From a virus, in IMG/VR virus record IMGVR_UViG_3300037041_000399, positions 1 to 64,000 of that record: a stretch of DNA of 64,000 bases. One strand, 5' to 3'. Position 1 is the first letter of the stretch. Every line of letters starts with the position of its first letter. Both the position numbers and the translations under genes were made by a program. Positions 27,510-37,100 of the stretch are shown piece after piece. The notes below the pieces were generated by a model that saw only the letters and a program-made list of their open reading frames with translations, ran no database searches and was not told where the DNA came from.

Positions 27510-27800
27510 ATGCCTATCTATAAAATGTATGAAGAGATGACTTATGAAGAACTACTAGGGTGGTTTAGTTATCTTGAACAAAGACCTATAGAATGGCGTG
27601 CGGATGACAGGGCAGCTAAGCTTATACAAGTACAGGGTGTCAAGGAAAAACCTTGGCAACTGTTTACTTCATTAGATGCTATTTACAATCCAAAATCTAA
27701 TAGCAATAAAGAGGAAGGCGAATTTGATGCGAATAACTTTAAACGCTCTGGATTCTTCCAACAGCTAATGAAAGCTTCAGGGGGAGAGGTATTAAAATGA
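27510..27800 (+). CDS. C-terminal part of the frameshifted tail chaperone (gpGT-like)
   Basis: -1 frame reads GKVCLNPEELSIFELAFHLKMPIYKM..MTYEELLGW. Confidence 0.75.
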   Translation: MPIYKMYEEMTYEELLGWFSYLEQRPIEWRADDRAAKLIQVQGVKEKPWQLFTSLDAIYNPKSNSNKEEGEFDANNFKRSGFFQQLMKASGGEVLK

Positions 27801-28093
27801 GTATTAAAGTTACTTTAAATCTAAATGAAATTTTACAGGCAAAAACACAAGCTGCTATAAATGATACTGTAGATACTTTAGTAGAAGCATTAAAAGCTGC
27901 CACTCCTGTAGACACTGGTCGCGCTAGAGATGGTTGGCAAAACGTAGATGGAAAAATAATTAATGATGTTGAATATATCAGTGAATTGAATGCAGGCAGC
28001 AGTAAACAAGCTCCTGCATACTTCATTGAACGGACATTATTAGAACATAGTCAAGTAGACTCTAATGGTGTTATTGTTACACCTACAAACTAA
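27797..28093 (+). CDS. HK97 gp10-like tail completion protein
   Basis: TPVDTGRARDGW..N.VEYI..LN.G.S.QAP..F. Confidence 0.75.
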   Translation: MSIKVTLNLNEILQAKTQAAINDTVDTLVEALKAATPVDTGRARDGWQNVDGKIINDVEYISELNAGSSKQAPAYFIERTLLEHSQVDSNGVIVTPTN

Positions 28094-28097
28094 TAAC

Positions 28098-28140
28098 ACC
28101 CCTTTATTATTACCTTATGGTATTAGTGGAGGGGTTTTTA
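28098..28140 (+). terminator. Putative intrinsic terminator
   Basis: ACCCCTTTATTA..TACC-TTAT-GGTA..TAGTGGAGGGGT hairpin followed by a T tract. Confidence 0.6.
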
Positions 28141-28153
28141 ATGGAGAAACAGG

Positions 28154-31100
28154 ATGTCAGGTATAGTCATCGAAGTCGAAGCAAAGGTATCCCAAGCAGA
28201 GACTTCATTAGAACGATTAAACGATGTAGTACGAAATATCACAGCAAGCCTTAAAGCTGTTGATAAAGGATTGGAAAATCTATCACTTAAGAAAGAAGTT
28301 CCATTAGACAAAACAGAGAAAGCTTTAAATAATTTATCACCTAAAATCGATAAGTTGCAAAGCAGCACTGATAAGTTATTTAAAGGTTCTTCTAATGTAG
28401 ATAATCGATATTCAAAGGAATTTGTTAATATTGGTGTATCTGCAGAAATGGCAGGTAAGCGAGTAGAAAAGGCTTTTAATGATATTACATTAAAACCTAA
28501 CGATGCTGCATTAAAAAGTTTTTCATTTGAAATTGATAGAACATCTAGAAAGATATCTAAACAAATGTCAGAAGGTATTTCTAAAAAAGATCTTAGAGAT
28601 ACTGAAAGTAGTCTATTAAACATAAATAAAAGTATTACAGGTATTTCAGGTAATATTACAAGTGCCGTTGGTTCTATTGGTACTGCAATTGCCGCTTTTG
28701 GCTCTATTGCTACCATTGGAATGTTTGTAAAATCACTATCAGATATTACGTCATCTTTTACTGAAATAGAATCTAAGATTGCAATGGTAACAGGGCGTAC
28801 TGTTGCATTCTCAGAAGCACAACAAGCACTGTTAAAAGTTGCTGCAGAGACACGTACTACCTATGGAGCTACTGCAGATGCCTTCTCAGGTGTTGGGCGT
28901 GCTATGAAAGACGTTGGGGCAACTAGTGAGCAACTGTTCAGAGTTACTAAGGTATTGCAGCAATCGCAGGCGTTGTCTGGCGGCTCGTCAGAGGGCTTTA
29001 AAGCGGCAATGATGCAGTTGAATCAAGGCCTTTCTTCTGGCGCACTACGGGGCGAAGAACTCAATTCTGTGCTAGAACAGGCACCTGCTATTGCAGACGC
29101 ACTTGCGCGGTCTTTACACGTTTCTGTAGGCGCATTAAAAGGAATTGCTGAACAAGGTAAACTAACAACTTCAGTAGTTTTCAGTTCATTGCTAAAGCAA
29201 GCCGATTATATTAATGATAAATTCAAAGCTATTAACCCAACGCTAGGCAATGCAATGGAAGCTGGCTTTGAAGGTGCTAAACGATTTGCCTTTGAATTAG
29301 ACAAAGGATTAGGTCTCTCTCAAGATCTTGCAAAAGCTGTTTCTAAACTAACATCCGGGTTAGGCACAAAAACCAGTGGCATTAGAGTCTTTGCAGCTGA
29401 CTTTGATGTACAATTAAAAGAAGCAATTATACGTGTTAAATCGTATATGCAGCCTTTGACACAAGTCGTTACAGCACTGGGGCAAGAATTTTATAGAGTA
29501 TTTTCTTCTTGGAAAATTCCAGAAGGTTCCCAAAAGCCTCTAGATGATCTGATACGTAAGTTTACAATATTTAAATTTGTACTTACGCATACAGACCCTG
29601 GAACAGATACTAAGATTTTATTTAGAAAAGTAGAAACTGCAATTGTAGACAGTGTAAAAACTATCAGTGATTTATTAGATAAGGGGATAAAACTTAGCGA
29701 TAAGTTTATTATGCCTATTATTGATAAGATTAAAGATTTGTATCCTAAAGCCAGAAAAGCGTTATTAACAACCCTAGATGGTCTCAGAAGTGTCATAAAA
29801 GAATCAATGTCAGTACTTGCTGACGGCTTTGAAATTGGTGCTGAATTTGTTAAACCTATTATTAGAGAGTTGACTAAGCTGCCAGATCAGCTAATACTAA
29901 TTTTTAATAAAGTAGCCAAGGCTTTAGGTAGTGCTGCTTCTGCTACCAGTTCGCTTGCTGATGGCGTTGCAGATTTATTAGATTCTGTTACCCTTAAAGT
30001 AGGTGATTTAGACGGTATTTACGAGTACTTAAATAGCTTTAAAGATAAAGTAATTACTATCTTCTTTAAAATATGGGATGCAGTTATTGGCCACTCATGG
30101 TGGACTGATACAATTGATAGTATTATAGATACTTCCAAGTCTCTTTGGGAAAAAGCTTCTCCTGGCCTTATACGCTTTAGAGATAGTATAATTGCGTTAT
30201 TTAAAACTATTGCTAGTACGGTTACTACAGCATTTAATGATGCTATGGTTAAGCTTAATATAGAACCTAAATCAGTCTCATTTAAAATACCAATAAGTAT
30301 AGATGATGCTAAGGTACAATTTGAAGGCGTGTATGACAGCTTTGTAAAAACGTTTGATAAATTTAAAGATGATTTCCCTTTACTATTCAAAGCAATAGCA
30401 GCAGGCGTTGGTGCGATTCTTGTAGGAATGTTCTTACCTTCTGGCAATTTTGTATTATTGCTTGAAGCAGCTTTAATTTCAGCTTCGATTCAAAGTGCTA
30501 CAATGTTTGCAGAAACAATTGGCAGAGACTTAGGGGACGCAAGCCTTTTAGCTGGTTTAGGTAATAACTTAGGTGCTGCAGCTGGAAAGCTCTTTGCATC
30601 ATTCCTTGCTAATATGCCACTACTTGTTAGCGCATTCCTTGGCTTTATTAGTGAATTTACAAAAGAATTCTTAAAGCAATTACCTATCATTGGAGTGGCA
30701 TTTAAAGCTCTCTTCGGAATAGCTGGTGCCTTTGGCATGGCAGGGCCTTTAGGTCTTGTAGGTGCTATATTCTTCGGCAGAGGTATATTAGGCATAATGG
30801 CAACATTTGGCTTTTATACTGAAGCGATAACGGGCTTCATGGCAAAAATGGCAATTCTTGGTAACTTCTTTGGAGGCGGTGGCGGGTTAATCTCTAGGTT
30901 ATTATTTGGAGCAGGTAGAGCTTGGCATTTTCTTCCTATATTAGGATTAATAGCATCTCTATCAGGTGCTTTTGATGCATTGTATAATGATTCTAGTCTG
31001 AGTGCTTTAATCATTAATGGCGGTTTAATCTATTTTGCAATCTTTGGTAAAGGCGGTTTAGCTGGATTTGCTAAAATAGGTATGTTAGTTCGTGCTAATA

Positions 31101-34100
31101 TTGTAGGCATACTATCAGAGTTTACTGCAACAGCAGGATTAGCATCTAGTATTGCAGCTGGCGGTGCCTTTGGTCCAATGTTAATGGCTGGTATTCGTAA
31201 TTTCAGAAACTTCTTTAGAGGTGTTTCTGCGATGTCTGCAATGTTTTTCTCTTCTTCATTGAGCAGTTGGGCACAATACTTTACCAGATGGATAGCAGTT
31301 ACAGGCTTTTCTGGCAATATACTTAGATTCTTTAGAACCTTTTATTTAAATATCTTTGGTCCAATTACTGCAGCCTCATATTCCTTTGCACCGTTAGCAC
31401 AATCTTTTGTAGCTGCAATTAGTGCTATGAAAGCAGCTGCTGTAAGCTTTATAATGACTGCAAGAACTGCAGGTATTGCGATGGGCGGCTGGCTTGCTGC
31501 ACTGACAAGAATGTTATTAGGTGGACCAGGGATTTTAATACTTGTTGGATTAATTGCTTCTTTATTTAGCAAATCAGCTGATGCTGCTGAATCCTTTAGA
31601 GAAGAAAGTAACAAAGGTTTCTTTGAAAACTTAACTGATAATATTGCTAATCTTGATATTATAGGCTATTTTAGAGGACTGAAAGATAAGCTTGATGCAA
31701 TTGATTTTGGAGGGATGCTTGGTGTAAACTTTAAAGTCTCTATATATGCTGCTCTAACAGCAGTCACTGCGGCTTTAATGCTGTTTAGTACAAATGTACG
31801 TAAAACACTTATGCTCTTGGCTGGCGACTTGTTAGTATTTTCAGGTAAAGCTTTATTCAGCATTGCAGCATTATTTAGTCCTGTAGAAGTTTTAGCAGCT
31901 GGCGCACTATTGCTCAAAGCAGGCTGGTGGGCTGGTGTAAACCTCAATAGAGGTTTAACAATGGGCTTTGCGCTTAAAGATACTATTATCTCAATTATTA
32001 TGAGACTTCAGGCAACAGCAGCTTTAGCTGGTGCAATGAGAACCTTGGGCATAACAATGGCTGTCGGATTGTTAGGAGCGTTTTCTGCAGAGGCTATTGG
32101 ATTTGCAGACTTCTCAGCAATGTCTGTGTTAGGCTTTACTGCAATTGCCGCATTTATTTATCCTATTTTAAACGGTTTAACGGTGATTCCTGCTGCTATT
32201 ACTGCAGCATTTACTGGCGGTACGATTATGCAAGCTATTGGTGTATTATCGGCTAGAATATTATTGATGTTTGCACCATTAGGCTTAGCTGCTGCAGGTG
32301 CCTTTGCAGGCGCATGGGCAGGTGGCCAGTTTGGTGATGACATGGCTATGATAGGTGGACTTGCTGGCGCTTTGTTAGCCTTTAAGTTTACTGAATCAAT
32401 TATGACAGGTATCACTGAGTTCTTGGCTGTTGGTGCAAGACTCATGACATTAGGTTGGGTAGGTTTAGCCTTAACAGCTGCTGGACTTATTTATGCATGG
32501 TTATTTGGTAGTGACAGTACTTCATTATCACAAGATTTAGATAGTATAATTGAAAAGACTCGTACGCTGTTTGGTATGAAACCTAATCCTGTTGATTTTA
32601 GAACTGGATTGCGTTTAGATGATTTACAAGCAGCTGCAACAATGGGTATTAAGATTGATTATAAAATTGATCCTATTAGTGCTGCATTAGCTTCTGACTC
32701 CTCCAAAGAAGCTGTAACAAAAGCCACAGAAGATTTAGCACAGGCTATTAGAGATGCAAAAGCAGATTGGGATATTTCAGGTTTAACTCAGGATCAAAGA
32801 GATCTATTACAGAAGAAAGTAAAAGCTACTGCAGCTCGTGTTGATGCCGCTTCTGCTTCTACGCCTTTTGTATTTAAAGACTTTGGAAAGAACTTGACCC
32901 AAGCTCAAAGATATCGTCCAGATACTCTTTGGGGGCAATTGCAAAGACAAGGTGCACAAGCAGCTTTAGATGCTGAGTTTGAAGTTAAATTAAAGCAATT
33001 GTCTATAGCAAGTAGAATGCCATGGAACCAGACATCAGCTGCTAGATTAGATCTTAAAAGCCAAAGAGATGCAGTTTCTCTTTCTAAAGATACTACTTAC
33101 AATGCTAACTATTCTCCATTAGATGCTGAAACAGCTAAGTTAGCGCAACTTACAAAAGGCTTTGATAATCTTGGCCCTGTTGGTCCTAAGATGATGGCGC
33201 ATCTCAAAGATACTGGTAGAGAGATTATAGCTCTAACTAAGCAAATAAATGAGAATAAGTATTGGTTCTGGGAGCACCCTAACGGTAAGATATGGGAAAA
33301 TGCTGCTCCAGATCCTAAGCTAATTGCACAAATGAAAATGCTTCGTGCAGAGTATAAATCAACTGCAGAAGATATTGTGCGTTATAGTACTCTCATGAAA
33401 GCTGCTCAATCTTTTGCAGGCAGAATAAGTTCTATTGCTAGCAAGTTTGATATGAAAGGTGTTGAAAGTAAATTAGACACTAATAAAATATTTGCTAATA
33501 GTGACACTGCTGTTAATCGAATGGAAAAGCTTGGTGAAGCTGCTGAAAGACTTTCTAAAAGCCTTGAGGGTGTATTTGATGTAAAAGCTAAGAATGATAT
33601 TATTCTTAATATTGAAGAAGTTGTTAAGCAGAAAGAAAGACTTAAAGAAGATTCTGTACAGTCTTACAAGTATGCATCTCCTGTAATACCTAAGATGGCA
33701 GAAGAATTAGGATTAGGTGCAGGCAAAGCAGCTGCAGGATTACCTGAAAATATATCAGGCCCTGTATTAGCACGTATGACTGAATTAAAAAGACAACGTG
33801 AAGACTTTTTAAATAAGCCAGTTAGACCTGTAAATCCTGATTTAGTGCCTCAAGACTTTGTAAAAGAAACTGCGCAAAATAAGCATGAAACAATGGTATA
33901 CCAAGGTGATATGCGCCTTTGGCAGACCCGTAAAAAGAACCAAGAAACTGTTATTAAAACACTTGAAGAAGAGTTTGCAAATAATAAACTAGGTTCTACG
34001 CAAGCTGCATTAATTCAGGCTAAAAGAGAAGCCACTAAGATCCAGATGGAGGAGCCTGTTAAGCCAGCATTAGCAATGCTAGATGCTAAAGCACAACAAG

Positions 34101-37100
34101 CTAAAATGGAAAAGCTTCGTATTGAATACAAACAGAAATTAGAAATCTATAAGAATGATAATTTTGAGTATTTTGATAAGTACATGAAGAATCTTGTTGA
34201 GTCTTTTGATCTTGGTGACGAGTTACGTAAAGAGCTTTGGAGCAATGTCAAAACAAAACCAGGACAAATGGCGGATGTTGCTAATAAGCTTAATATTGAT
34301 ATTGGCGATTTGTATAGTACATTTGGTGCTGATGTAGCTGCAGGCTTACTACAACAAGCTGATGATGTTGCTGCTGCTATTGATCGTGCTATGGCTACTC
34401 AACAGTACGATAAACTACCAGCCTTAAAGCAACGTAAGGCCGCATTGACAACTAGAATGGCAACCCCTGAGTTTAAATCTCGTGGTGCTATGGCAGAATC
34501 AATGGGACTTGATCAGAGTTTAATCCCTGGTATTAGCACAGACGTTTTAGATTCGTTAGAAGCTGGTTACAAAAAGATTAAAGAAATTGATACGTATCTT
34601 GAGATGAACAAGAATACTATTAGCGATGCCACTTATCAAGCTAAGATACAAGAGAAGTTAAATGAACAACTCTCAGGAAAGAAAGCTGCGTTAGATGCTA
34701 GCTTTGGAAGACCTTCTTTTGAACTTCAAGCACGTATAGGAACTAATCTTACGGGTGCTCAGTTATCATTAATCTCACAAACAGATGTAGATAACTTAAA
34801 AGCTGCTGAATTAAACTTAGCTAAAATTAAATTAGACTTAGATGGTTCAAATGCTAATGCAGATACTTTGACAGACTATTTCAAAGCACTAGCAGATGAA
34901 GCTGAAGCTCGTTATCAAGCATCTCGTAATGCTGCATCCAAAACAGGTGCAGGAATGATGCAATCACTAGCTGATGTTAATTTTAGTGGTGCTAGTAAAC
35001 TTAACTTGTTACCTCCTGCAATTGTACAAAATGTAATTAAGCTTAGTAACTATATTAAAGATCTTAGACATAATCTAGAACAACCAACCTCTCCTGAAGC
35101 TTTTATTGCAATTAATAAAGAAATTGCTAAAACAGAAGAGGCGTTAAGTTCTATCAGAGATCAGTATACTAGTCTCCAAGACAAAATTAGTTCTGTCAAT
35201 GAAGTGTTTGGCGTTAGCTTTAGTAATATTGATTTTGTATCGTTAGGCTCTTCTTTGACTAGCACTTTGATAACTGTTGCTCAAAGTCTTAAAACAGAAC
35301 TTGCAAAAGAAATGGAGAAAGGTTTCTTAAGCGTAAGAGCTGAGAGTATTATTAAGGTATTAGATAGCTTAACTACAACTGGTACTTACTTAAAATTCTT
35401 TGCTGACTTTAAGAAAAATGCTAGAGAAAGTTTAACAGATGGAATGAAATCTGCTTTTGATAAGATTAAATCAATTGCACCTAACTTTGGCTTTAGTCAA
35501 AATCAATTCCAAATGATGGATAAAGGTTCTCGTGACCAATATTCCAAACAAGCTTCTGACATAACTGCATTAACAGCTATTCAAGGGCTAAATGGTTTAA
35601 CACAGAATCAAACAGATATCATCAATCAAAAACAACCTGTTGATGAAATGATGAAGCAACTGATTGATTCGTTTGATACTAATCAGTTAAAACAGTATGA
35701 AAAGCTAACTTCATCTCCTGTAGATCTTCAATTAAAAGCTGCTGATATACAATTAGAAGCTGCTAAAATGAACCTGGAGGCGGTTAAAGGCAAGGCACCT
35801 GAAGTAACAACACCTTTCAAAGAAGCTTCTAAGCAAACTACAGAAAGAGCTTTAGCCACAGGCCCACGAAGTGGTGTAACTTCATTAGCTGAAATGGCTA
35901 AGGATATTCCTTGGTCAGCTAATGCGCCTAAGCCTAAATTTAGACCTGATGTAGAACGGTGGGATTCATTAATACAAGACGCAGTGAAAGAATTTCCACG
36001 TGTAACAGTAGAAATGGTTAAGGCCGTTGTTGAACATGAATCTCGTGGATTAAATATTAAGTCAGGCATTACTCCAAAACCAGGTTATAAAGAAACCTCA
36101 TTTGGATTAGGTCAGTTTAATGATGCTACTGCTAAAACATTTGGAGTTGATAAGACAGATCCTGCGTCTACAATAAGAGGTATTGCACAATATTTATCTC
36201 TAAATATGAAAACGTTTGGAAATACTCGTGATGCCTTTAGAGCATATGCCGTTGGGCCGACAGGTGCCAAACAAGGTTTAGGTCAAGATAAAGCTGATGA
36301 GTTTATGACTACATTAGCAACTGGACGTGCGCCTAAATCTGCACCTGTAACTACTTCTCCTGAGCTTATAAAGCCTACTGCTGAATCTGTTGCTAAATCT
36401 ATTGAAGTCGCTGTTTCAAAACAAGGGGAGCTTAGCAGAGCTTTCAATGTAGACCTCATGGCTAGGATTAAAGAAATAGGTAAACAGAAACCGTTTGAAG
36501 CATATCAATTGGATAAACTTCAAAATCAGATTAACCCAAATGTTAGTACTCCAGCAGAATTATTATCTACTCATGGAGCTAAACTTGGCACTGATATTGT
36601 CGGTCAGATGAATGAAACTCAGATATCTTTGGCTACATCTCTTAACGAAAAATTGATGCAAGTTCAGCAACAATTTAATGCAAATCCAAGTACAGCTTTG
36701 CAACAAAGTATTACTACATACTCAGAAATGTTAAAAGCATTTACTGAAGGTGTTACAGCGGATGCTGAAGAGCTTGGTATAGCTAAGATGGTTGCATTCT
36801 CTTCTGCCAATTCTACCAACATCAGTAAATTCTTAAGTAGATTTAGCGGTATCAGTGAAGAACTTGTCATGACAATGAATGAAGCTGATAAAGCTTTAGC
36901 AAAGAATATGACAATTATTCGTGAGGATCTAAAAGATAAGCTAGCAGCTGACGCTAAAGCTGGTAAATCAACTACTGCTACTGCACTTAAAATATTAGAT
37001 TTAAGCGATAATATTTCAGACCTAGGTAATAAGGCAATGGATGCAGCTAAAGAAATTAAAACAGCTGGTGAGTCTTTTGCTTCTGGATTTACATCTTCCT

